Source of the DNA: a virus
Length of the DNA stretch: 33,182 bases
Direction: 5' to 3' (one strand)
Virus record (IMG/VR): IMGVR_UViG_3300047157_000061
Shown here in pieces: positions 18,001 through 25,152 of the stretch. Within the stretch, counting starts at the first letter, position 1, and each line of letters starts with the position of its first letter. The notes beneath the pieces were generated by a model that saw nothing but the letters and a program-made list of their open reading frames with translations, had not been told where the DNA came from and ran no database searches. Both the position numbers and the translations under genes were made by a program.

Positions 18001-19531
18001 ATTTGGTCCAGCATTAGAAATGGCAAGAATGTTTAATGGTGATAGATTTGGTAAAATGAAATTATACGAAGCATTTGATGATGTTATTTTAAGACATAGT
18101 GACGAAATAGAAATAAATGCTAAAGATTTTGAAGATAGACTATTTTATCAAAAAGATGATATAGAAGAAATGACTGATGCAATATTAAATAGATCACCAA
18201 GAGGTATGGAAATTGGAAGTGCATCAAATAGAATAGTAAAAGCAGCACAACAATTTGCACAATTTACAATGATGGGAACAGCAACAATAGCTGGATTTGC
18301 TGATTTTGGAAAAATAATTTTATCAAGAGGAATAAAAGAAGTATTTGGTAGATACCTTATAAGCTGGTTTAGAGATGTAGAATCTGTAAATTTAAAAGAT
18401 GCATCAAATAAACATATGGTAAGGTTTTTAGGTGATGGTATGGAAACAGTATCTGGTGCTGGTGCATCAAGAGTAGTAGAACAAGGATCTGGAATTGGAG
18501 AAATAAATAATAGAGTATTAGGAAGAACTGGAGATAAACTATTTGAATTTTTTGATAAGGTATCTGGTAGTTTTTATAATGTTAATTTATTAAATCATTG
18601 GACAGCTACTATGAAAAGAATGGTAATACCTATGAGTGTAGATAGAATTATTAGAACTGGTGCTATGGTGGCAAATGATTATAAAGGAGATAAAGCACTT
18701 AAACAATATCTACAAGATGATTTAGATATATTAAGGTCGTTTGGTTTAGAAAAAAAAGATTTATCTAAAATATATAACTTATGGAAAAAAAATGGAGCTC
18801 CTAAAAGTAGAGATATATATTATTCTAATGCTGATAAATGGATGGATGAAGACCCTGAGTTATTTAGAAAATATATTGCATCAGTGAGAGCAGATGTTTT
18901 AAGTACAGTTATCACACCCACTGAAGCAGATAAACCATTATTATCATATGGTTTATTTAAAGGAGAAAGATTTAGTAAATCTATGAAAAATAGACAACAT
19001 AATATTTTTAAGTTACCTATACAATTTATGTCTTGGGGATTGGCGGCAAGTAATAAAATAGTTTTATCTACTTTACAAGGTAGACATCAAGGAGTAGCAT
19101 CTGGAATAATGTCTATGTTTGCATTAGGTATGCTATCAGACTTTGCAAGAAATCCTGAATGGTGGAAATATAAATCAACCACTGAAAAAATTATGAAAGC
19201 AACTGAGTATTCTGGAATTACTGCTTATTTATTAGATATAAATAGTTTTGCTGAAATAGCTTCTAATAATTATGTAGGTATAAGACCAATGTTAGGACAA
19301 AAAAATCCTTTTACAGGAACTTTACCAGATCAAATATCTGAAGTAGGTGGTCCAGCTGGAAGTATAATAGCTGATATATATAAATTATTTGCTGATGATT
19401 CATTAGAATTAAAAGATCAGGCAAACATGGTAAAAAGAATGATACCATATAATAATATTTTTTATTTAAAGTGGATGTTTAATGGATTAAAGGATGCAAT
19501 AGTAGATGATAATAATACTATTCAATATTAA
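15014..19531 (+). CDS. Very large internal virion / ejection protein candidate (gp16 position)
   Basis: 1505 aa. Gly-rich hydrophobic segments occur near the N-terminus (GGFGSALFSGIL..., GGSAFFGGLLGGAIG) and C-terminus. The start overlaps the previous stop (ATGA). Confidence 0.5.
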   Translation: MKLSPRKNLTFNAIPENPPSFWENVANEYRYSYLPSVHAIKQLAIGKPDPNFTVTNDMLVDEPSELIDELINSKSQQEYDYHKNLYKRMSNLKNTMGVHGGFGSALFSGILRPENLIPLPGALGVGFAKGALRVGAGSAGITAGTEIIRAPSDPTYQPTESVFAIGGSAFFGGLLGGAIGKVTANRIGKNISNATAYDNGQDAVTKKVKVKGKAPNDKMAKEVTTPVMNIEPNTILKEEGVIPVEEDPRLNAQLDTGYQKTGVGYEFFTRGSTLGNLLHRTNSQLMEDWVISVVGDAGANTKKVARGGVPFTRGTVNLNRGPWYGASYGYIEDMRDIWLKSKGIQSPRIVGTQNLSFTAENIRTKINKAESFEEYTERVTKANIKASYFGNDDVIANEPKYVLDGVRLTRSLNERTLQEGQDAGLMNTSKNLNTKMDALAKFSGDRVSKLEQLKSQIPKTTKPQTLKLLIRNEEEALENSLREMHILERFSFSLIRTEKKLYGALDEVLEKIDTDDRLTETYTDIMNKMSKKAGDREKFYKQLSEKIQLSQIQRQERDLKIFVELRKQFEESGLSDDAMKYMEILDDRINNHKYTPKQQKILDEYAILKKDKQAGFSKKQKDFYKKMETQLKEPLEFNVRASINSLKDSIKSINKDFTRPAGENHYTMRKYMTDTIIDKRDAFHNEVIIPYIMENPSGKLAKLIDLQQNGQELIEPATEELAENSLLTRLDLPKEYFKLIKSKKTLDRQVDDIIKFNNKNIYILEDGRYYFYREKDFGSFADRFGKENLDIDTAPLVAKSGLYKKRIKGTTYDAFKYNSNELGDNISRQQLNMLARQARYIDKKYKGKIPNEIYEELIVFSNKRKASNVMQFFDRTTKKKNFQTKLDDGTGLPLPFSIGKKTKTLLGFEDGSLAKTTVTDEMIKKQADIQATKIINKIIGEGDAQDYDGIAGRGLQKFVMHRNFNIPNYFLLKEHNGIADFIDTNGADLMRTYLNKFGPALEMARMFNGDRFGKMKLYEAFDDVILRHSDEIEINAKDFEDRLFYQKDDIEEMTDAILNRSPRGMEIGSASNRIVKAAQQFAQFTMMGTATIAGFADFGKIILSRGIKEVFGRYLISWFRDVESVNLKDASNKHMVRFLGDGMETVSGAGASRVVEQGSGIGEINNRVLGRTGDKLFEFFDKVSGSFYNVNLLNHWTATMKRMVIPMSVDRIIRTGAMVANDYKGDKALKQYLQDDLDILRSFGLEKKDLSKIYNLWKKNGAPKSRDIYYSNADKWMDEDPELFRKYIASVRADVLSTVITPTEADKPLLSYGLFKGERFSKSMKNRQHNIFKLPIQFMSWGLAASNKIVLSTLQGRHQGVASGIMSMFALGMLSDFARNPEWWKYKSTTEKIMKATEYSGITAYLLDINSFAEIASNNYVGIRPMLGQKNPFTGTLPDQISEVGGPAGSIIADIYKLFADDSLELKDQANMVKRMIPYNNIFYLKWMFNGLKDAIVDDNNTIQY

Positions 19532-19553
19532 AAAAATATGTTAAGGATTAATT

Positions 19554-21629
19554 ATGGCTATATTAGTTAACGATACGACTCCCAGAAACCAGTACACTGC
19601 ATCTGCTGGGCAAACAGTATTTGCTTACTCATTTGAAATATTTGAAGTAACAGATATTAAGGTGTTTAAAGGATCAACTCTTTTAACTTTTGCAAGTAGT
19701 CCATCAGGTGTTACACAATATTCTGTATCTGGTGCTGGTACAACTGGTGGTGGTAATATTACTCTCGGAGGTGGTGCTACTGTAAATGATATTTATACTA
19801 TAGTACGTGACATACCAGTTAAAAGAACAACAGACTTTCCGTTATCTGGACCATTTGTTATTGACAGTTTAAATACTGATCTTGATAAAATGATTGGAAT
19901 GATGGGTGAAAGAGAAGATGAGATATCAAGGTCAATAAGACTAAAAGATGAAGACCCTTCAGCAACATTAACATTACCATTAAAAGCAGATAGAGCAAGT
20001 AAAGTACTTACATTTAGTAGTACAGGTAATGTAGAAACTTCTATTACTGCAACAGATGTAAGCACAGTTGCTGGTATATCAAGTAACATAACTACTGTAA
20101 GTGGTATAGCTAGTAATGTAACTACTGTTGCTGGTATTTCTAGTAACGTAACTACAGTAGCTGGTAAATCATCAGAGGTTACTTCAGTGGCGGCAGTTGC
20201 TAGTTTAATAACTTCTGACTTTGTAAGTGATTTAAATACATTAGCAGTTACAGATGTAATAAATGACATCAATACATTAGCAACTAGTGATATAGTAAGT
20301 GACTTAAATACATTAGCAACATCAGATATTGTTAGTGATTTAAATACTTTGGCAACAAGTGATATTGTTTCTGATATAAACACTCTTGCTACAAGTGATA
20401 TAGTAAGTGATTTAAATACACTTGCTACAAGTGATTTTGTATCAGATTTAAATACAATAGCTACTTCAACAAACGTAAATAATATTGCAACAGTTGCTGG
20501 CAATAACTCAAACATAAACACAGTAGCTGGTAACAATTCTAATATTTCTACTGTAGCTGGAATATCAAGTAATGTTTCTACTGTTGCTGGTATTACAAGT
20601 AATATTGCTACAGTAGCTGGTATATCAGCAAATATAACTACAGTTGCTGGTAACAATGCAAACATAACTACATTAGCTGGCATAAGTACAGATGTAACAT
20701 CTCTTGCAAGTGCTCTTGCATCTACTACAAATTATGCTGTAACAGTTGCTAGTGGTACATTGTATGGTGGTGGTTCTGGTAATGTATTTTATTTAGATGG
20801 TACAGGTAATCCAGCTATTACTTTAACAAGAGGTAATACATATGTATTTGATCAAAGTAATTCTAGTAATAGTGGACATCCTATAGCATTTAGAACAAGT
20901 ACAGATGCAAGTTATACTACAGGTGTAACTTCTACTGGTACTCCTGGAAATGCTGGAGCAAAAACTACGTTTGTTGTACCTTCAGATGCACCAGCTTCGT
21001 TAAAGTATTATTGTACCTCACATGGAAATGGTATGGGTAATGTTATTACTACAAATACATCAAATATAAATGTTGTTGCTAGTAATATAGGAGAAGTAAA
21101 TAGTTTTGCACAAAGATATAGGGTAGCTAGTAGTGATCCTACGGCATCATTAGATGAAGGTGATCTAGCTTATAATAGCACAGCTAATGTTCTTAAATAT
21201 TATAATGGATCAGCTTGGGTAACTATAGTTGCTGGTTCTTTAACAGATGTAGTACAAGATGGAACTCCTCAATTAGGTGGAAATCTTGATGTTCAGACAA
21301 ATTCAATAATATCTACATCTAATAGAGATATTAATATTACACCAAATGGATCTGGTAATGTAGTTTTAGACGGAATAAGTTATCCTTCTAGTGATGGATC
21401 AGCAGACCAAGTTCTTAAAACTGATGGTTCTGGAACAATTAGTTTTGGTACAGTACAAGCAAGTGAGTTGACAACACAAGGAAATTACTTTAGTAATTAT
21501 AATAGTGTAAGTAGTGATGTTACATCAACAACAGCCAGCACAAAGAACGCATTTCTCTTTGGACCGATAACTGTAAGTGGTAGTTCTACTTGGACTGTAA
21601 GTGGTAATGGCACATTAGAAATATTTTAA
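19554..21629 (+). CDS. Tail fibre protein with repeat arrays and a cupredoxin-like domain
   Basis: 691 aa. It has tandem 10-aa and 12-aa repeat arrays, a plastocyanin-like segment (GHPIAF...YYCTSHGNGMG) and a C-terminal LGGNLDV...ITPNGSG...DGS..QVLKTDGSG module shared with the next gene. Confidence 0.75.
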   Translation: MAILVNDTTPRNQYTASAGQTVFAYSFEIFEVTDIKVFKGSTLLTFASSPSGVTQYSVSGAGTTGGGNITLGGGATVNDIYTIVRDIPVKRTTDFPLSGPFVIDSLNTDLDKMIGMMGEREDEISRSIRLKDEDPSATLTLPLKADRASKVLTFSSTGNVETSITATDVSTVAGISSNITTVSGIASNVTTVAGISSNVTTVAGKSSEVTSVAAVASLITSDFVSDLNTLAVTDVINDINTLATSDIVSDLNTLATSDIVSDLNTLATSDIVSDINTLATSDIVSDLNTLATSDFVSDLNTIATSTNVNNIATVAGNNSNINTVAGNNSNISTVAGISSNVSTVAGITSNIATVAGISANITTVAGNNANITTLAGISTDVTSLASALASTTNYAVTVASGTLYGGGSGNVFYLDGTGNPAITLTRGNTYVFDQSNSSNSGHPIAFRTSTDASYTTGVTSTGTPGNAGAKTTFVVPSDAPASLKYYCTSHGNGMGNVITTNTSNINVVASNIGEVNSFAQRYRVASSDPTASLDEGDLAYNSTANVLKYYNGSAWVTIVAGSLTDVVQDGTPQLGGNLDVQTNSIISTSNRDINITPNGSGNVVLDGISYPSSDGSADQVLKTDGSGTISFGTVQASELTTQGNYFSNYNSVSSDVTSTTASTKNAFLFGPITVSGSSTWTVSGNGTLEIF
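20064..20213 (+). repeat. Tandem 30-nt (10-aa) coding repeats, about 5 copies (TVAGISSNIT type)
   Basis: Read directly: TVAGISSNIT TVSGIASNVT TVAGISSNVT TVAGKSSEVT SVAAVASLIT. Confidence 0.8.
20229..20480 (+). repeat. Tandem 36-nt (12-aa) coding repeats, 7 copies (DLNTLATSDIVS type)
   Basis: Read directly: DLNTLAVTDVIN DINTLATSDIVS DLNTLATSDIVS DLNTLATSDIVS DINTLATSDIVS DLNTLATSDFVS DLNTIATSTNVN. Confidence 0.85.
20490..20699 (+). repeat. Tandem 30-nt (10-aa) coding repeats, 7 copies (TVAGNNSNIN type)
   Basis: Read directly: TVAGNNSNIN TVAGNNSNIS TVAGISSNVS TVAGITSNIA TVAGISANIT TVAGNNANIT TLAGISTDVT. Confidence 0.85.
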
Positions 21630-21638
21630 GGAGTAAAT

Positions 21639-22766
21639 ATGGCAAGCACAATTAAAGTAGATAAAGTACGAGGAGCGGCTAGTACGGAAGTTAAGCTAGA
21701 TGGAAACTTAGATGTAAATGGAAACAGTATTGTATCTGCATCTGATGGCAATATAGCTATAACTCCAAATGGTTCAGGTAAAGTAATAGTAGATGGATTA
21801 TCATTACCTACTGCTGATGGTACTAATGGACAATTTTTAAAGACAGATGGATCAGGAAACATATCCTTTGGAAGTGTATCATCTGATGTTAGTGGAGATT
21901 CAAGTCCTCAACTAGGTGGTGATTTAGATGTTAATGGCAACTCGATTGTATCAACATCAAATGCAAGTATAAACATTACACCCAATGGTACAGGAGATGT
22001 AAATTTAGGTGCTGATACAGTAATGGTTGGTGACAATAATGTTAACGCAATAGTTACTACTCAAGGTACAGGTGATCTTACACTTAGCACAAACTCAGGT
22101 ACAAATTCAGGAACAATAGCAATAGCTGATGGAGTAAATGGTGACATATCAGTTACACCAAATGGTACTGGTAAAGTTATTCTTGATGGATTATCTCATC
22201 CAACATCAGATGGTTCAGCTAATCAAGTTTTACAAACAGATGGTTCTGGTAATTTAAGTTTTGCTACTCCTGGAGGTGGTAAAATATTACAAGTAGTGAC
22301 TGTTCAAAAAAATGATACTTTTTCTACATCAAGTACTTCAGATACAACAGTTACAGGATTAACGTTAGATATTACTCCGTCAGCAACTACAAGTAAAATT
22401 GCTATATTTTTAAATTTAACAGCTTGTATGGGTCATTATACTGATTCAAATGGTCAAAATAGTAATAACAGAGTAGATATTTTTAGGGGATCAACAAATA
22501 TTGTTGAAGATCAAATTACTGGTCAAGGAAGTAGAACAGGAACTTTATCTCAACATGGATACAGAGGTGCTGGTGGTAGTGTTGAAGGATTAGCTTATAG
22601 TTTAATAGATTCACCTAGTTCAACATCTCAACAAACTTATACTGTAAAAGTAAAAGCTAGAAGCAGTACTATTTTTGTAAATAAACATTCAGATGATTCA
22701 AGCAATAACGCATCACACACACCTAGAGGTATATCAACTTTAACTTGTATGGAGATAGGAGCATAA
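21639..22766 (+). CDS. Second tail fibre / receptor-binding protein
   Basis: 375 aa. The N-terminal two-thirds consist of 2-3 copies of the module also found at the C-terminus of the first fibre. The C-terminal ~150 aa are unique. AAGGAG is upstream. Confidence 0.7.
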   Translation: MASTIKVDKVRGAASTEVKLDGNLDVNGNSIVSASDGNIAITPNGSGKVIVDGLSLPTADGTNGQFLKTDGSGNISFGSVSSDVSGDSSPQLGGDLDVNGNSIVSTSNASINITPNGTGDVNLGADTVMVGDNNVNAIVTTQGTGDLTLSTNSGTNSGTIAIADGVNGDISVTPNGTGKVILDGLSHPTSDGSANQVLQTDGSGNLSFATPGGGKILQVVTVQKNDTFSTSSTSDTTVTGLTLDITPSATTSKIAIFLNLTACMGHYTDSNGQNSNNRVDIFRGSTNIVEDQITGQGSRTGTLSQHGYRGAGGSVEGLAYSLIDSPSSTSQQTYTVKVKARSSTIFVNKHSDDSSNNASHTPRGISTLTCMEIGA

Positions 22767-23095
22767 TGATAGAAAGAGCAATACATAAAATTAATCCAAA
22801 AGCAGAATTTGTTATAAATGCTGATAATATTGATAATATAGAATGGGTAAATGGTACTACACCCATATCAAAATCTGATATAGAAGCAAAATATTCAGAA
22901 GTAGAATTAGATATAGCACTTGATGGTTTAAGAAGAATAAGGAATGAATTATTATCTATGACTGATTGGTATGCTTTATCAGATGTTACTATGTCTGATG
23001 ATATGAAAACTTATAGACAAAAGCTTAGAGATATTACTGCTGGTTTAGATACTGTTGCTAAAGTAAATAAAGTTACAATGCCAACTAAACCATAA
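22766..23095 (+). CDS. Tail fibre assembly chaperone-like protein
   Basis: The motif RNELLSMTDWYALSDVTMSDDMKTYRQKLRDIT matches the pattern I recall for phage tail assembly chaperones. I chose the internal ATG at 22766 (TAATG overlap, GGAGATAGGA upstream) over the ORF-track start at 22745. Confidence 0.55.
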   Translation: MIERAIHKINPKAEFVINADNIDNIEWVNGTTPISKSDIEAKYSEVELDIALDGLRRIRNELLSMTDWYALSDVTMSDDMKTYRQKLRDITAGLDTVAKVNKVTMPTKP

Positions 23096-23103
23096 GAGGT
23101 TTA

Positions 23104-23214
23104 ATGATAGCTATTAAAAAAATTTATCAAAAGATTAAAGAAAGATTGTTTGGTAAGTTATGCAAATGCAAACCTAAGAAACGAGGTAGACCCCCTAAGA
23201 AAAGACCTTTCTAA
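23104..23214 (+). CDS. AT-hook-containing micro-protein (36 aa)
   Basis: Hand-translated: MIAIKKIYQKIKERLFGKLCKCKPKKRGRPPKKRPF, with an RGRP core flanked by K/R. AAGAGG is upstream, and its stop overlaps the next start (TAATG). Confidence 0.4.
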   Translation: MIAIKKIYQKIKERLFGKLCKCKPKKRGRPPKKRPF

Positions 23215-23846
23215 TGGTAGAACCAGTAACAGCAGTGTTGTCAGGAATAGCATTATTTAAACAGGCAACTTCATTTATAAAAGATAATATCAATACAGTA
23301 AACGATATATCTGGTATAGCTAAACAGATAGATCAAATGTTTACTGGTCAACAACAAATTAATAAACAAAGAAGTAAAGATGCTAATAGTACTGCAAACG
23401 AATTAGGTTTATCTAATGTTACTGAATCCATAATAGATGCAAAGTTAGCACAAGAGCAAATGAGAGAAGTTAAAAATATGATTAACCTTCGTTTCGGACC
23501 AAGTACTTGGGATGAAATATTAAATGAACGTAAACGTAGGATAGATGAAATTAAAGAACAAAAAAAAATAGCAAGGAAAAGAAAGATGCAAAAACAAAAA
23601 GAGATGATGGATGTAGCAAAGCAAGCTAGCATTGGTATTGGTGTTATATTTACTATAGTTGCCATGTGTGTAATTGCTTACGTTGCATTTGCAGAAGAAA
23701 TAGATACAGCAGAGTGTATGGTTTTTAAACCAAAATATTATATGATATGTATGAACGAAGGACATGACATGGCTTTAGTTGAGCAACATTTAGACATACT
23801 TGAATACAAATCTTTATATATAACTGTACCTAACAAGGAGAAATAA
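23214..23846 (+). CDS. Membrane-anchored coiled-coil protein next to the holin (function unknown; possible lysis accessory)
   Basis: 210 aa. It has an amphipathic N-terminus like that of the holin, a K/E/Q-rich helical middle and one TM segment (ASIGIGVIFTIVAMCVIAYVAFA). Confidence 0.5.
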   Translation: MVEPVTAVLSGIALFKQATSFIKDNINTVNDISGIAKQIDQMFTGQQQINKQRSKDANSTANELGLSNVTESIIDAKLAQEQMREVKNMINLRFGPSTWDEILNERKRRIDEIKEQKKIARKRKMQKQKEMMDVAKQASIGIGVIFTIVAMCVIAYVAFAEEIDTAECMVFKPKYYMICMNEGHDMALVEQHLDILEYKSLYITVPNKEK

Positions 23847-23847
23847 C

Positions 23848-24237
23848 ATGGCACTTACTGCATTAATTGGACCAGCAACAAAACTCATTGGTAAATTTGT
23901 AAGAGATAAAGATAAACAAGCACAGCTTGCTCATGAGATAAGTACTATGGCAGAGAAACATAGTCAGCAATTAATGCTTCAACAAATAGAAATTAATAAA
24001 GCAGAAGCTAAAGGTAACTGGTTTCAATCGTCGTGGCGACCTCTCGTAGGCTGGGTCTGTAGTATATCTTTAATGGTTAACTATATGATCTCACCAATTT
24101 GTGCTGGGTTTGGTATAACAATACCACAAGCTGACATGTCAGTCATGATGCCGTTGTTGCTCGGACTGCTAGGACTTGGTGGACTCAGGAGTTTTGACAA
24201 GTTGAAGAAAACTGATACTAAGATTCCTAAAAACTAG
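23848..24237 (+). CDS. Holin, 3-TM GTA-holin-like family
   Basis: 129 aa. The motif INKAEAKGNWFQSSWRPLVGWVCSISLMVNY...LLLGLLGLGGLRSFDKLKK matches the gene-transfer-agent-type 3TM holin pattern as I recall it. It is the last gene of the late operon. Confidence 0.65.
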   Translation: MALTALIGPATKLIGKFVRDKDKQAQLAHEISTMAEKHSQQLMLQQIEINKAEAKGNWFQSSWRPLVGWVCSISLMVNYMISPICAGFGITIPQADMSVMMPLLLGLLGLGGLRSFDKLKKTDTKIPKN

Positions 24238-24295
24238 GTACAATCATAAGCAAACATTTTTCACTGGCACTCAGTGAGCCTTATATCGATCCAAG

Positions 24296-24317
24296 AAATC
24301 CCAGTTTTCTGGGGTTT
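24296..24317. terminator. Hairpin in the convergent intergenic region (candidate bidirectional terminator)
   Basis: aaatcccag-tttt-ctggggttt forms a 9-bp stem including one G-U pair. It lies between the holin stop (24237) and the lysozyme stop (24441). The U-tract is only partial. Confidence 0.35.
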
Positions 24318-24440
24318 GTGATTGTACTAGGGATATAATTAAAATCACAACATATAGTAATTTATCCCACAATAATTATAACAATTGTGTTTATTAATAA
24401 AATCCCTAGTACAAATAATATATATTTATTGTCGTTTACT

Positions 24441-24884
24441 TCAAGAGAAATGTTTATCTGCACTATCTTTAAATATATTTACAATACGTTCTGCTCTTTC
24501 ACCTACTTGACTATACCATTGGCTATCTTTTGCTTCTTCACTTGCAGTTAAATAGTCTGTAGCTTCGAGAGCAGCAATCATTTTTTTAAATTTACTAAGT
24601 CTAGTTATACCTAAATTGTATGCCATGTTATAAAAAGATAACTTGATAGGTAAAGGTGCGGACTTTATAAACGGATAGTTCATATGCACTTCATCCACTA
24701 CTGCCATAACTCTTTGCCTTAATAAATCTTCTGCTTCTTTTTCTGATAGTCCATGATCCTGAACTTCAATACCATAACCTATTGTCCATTTATCTGCTGG
24801 GCATAGGTATGCTATGTGTCTACCATTATCATTCGTCACACTACCTTCATCTATCATTAATTGATTTACTAATTCATTTATCAT
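24441..24884 (-). CDS. Endolysin, T4-type lysozyme (GH24)
   Basis: 147 aa. LMIDEGS...AYLCPADKWTIGYGI aligns with the T4 lysozyme Glu/Asp/Thr catalytic region, and the C-terminus reads SQWYSQVGERAERIVNIF. There is no N-terminal signal or SAR segment. Confidence 0.85.
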   Translation of the reverse strand: MINELVNQLMIDEGSVTNDNGRHIAYLCPADKWTIGYGIEVQDHGLSEKEAEDLLRQRVMAVVDEVHMNYPFIKSAPLPIKLSFYNMAYNLGITRLSKFKKMIAALEATDYLTASEEAKDSQWYSQVGERAERIVNIFKDSADKHFS

Positions 24885-24892
24885 ATATACTC

Positions 24893-25150
24893 CTATTTTA
24901 TAAATTTATATTTTGATATGTTAATTTCTCTTGGCTTCTTTCTTTTTCCCTGGTGTTCGGAAATTTCCGACCCCCCTCCTCTCCTATAAGGGGGTGCAGA
25001 AATTTCCTTGTCTATTCTTTTTACCACTACTTGTTCGTAACATTTCCTACAATAATAAGTACCACCTTTCCACTTTATAGCTTCATCTCCACAATACTTA
25101 CATTGTTTCTTTAGTGTAGCTTTTCGCCAAGCATCATCAAACATACCCAT
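24893..25150 (-). CDS. Zinc-ribbon protein (CxxC...CxxC) with basic tail
   Basis: 85 aa containing CKYCGDEAIKWKGGTYYCRKC. A GC-rich palindromic element lies inside the 3' half of the gene. Confidence 0.5.
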   Translation of the reverse strand: MGMFDDAWRKATLKKQCKYCGDEAIKWKGGTYYCRKCYEQVVVKRIDKEISAPPYRRGGGSEISEHQGKRKKPREINISKYKFIK

Positions 25151-25152
25151 AA

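Noticed and set aside
19793-20683. A 296-aa ORF on the - strand, antisense to the tail fibre gene.
   Set aside because: It exactly covers the tandem-repeat arrays. Its translation is a mirror repeat (PATV...), it has no SD, and it runs against the operon direction. It is a by-product of stop-free repeat codons.
20064-20699. Regularly spaced 30-nt and 36-nt repeats that could look like a CRISPR array.
   Set aside because: The repeats are contiguous with no spacers. They are in frame within a long ORF, encode conserved peptide repeats and have no cas genes or leader. They are protein-coding tandem repeats.
19554-22766. Possible diversity-generating retroelement or other targeted hypervariation system acting on the fibre genes.
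   Set aside because: There is no reverse transcriptase and no template-repeat/variable-repeat pair with adenine-specific differences. The internal repeats are ordinary tandem coding repeats.
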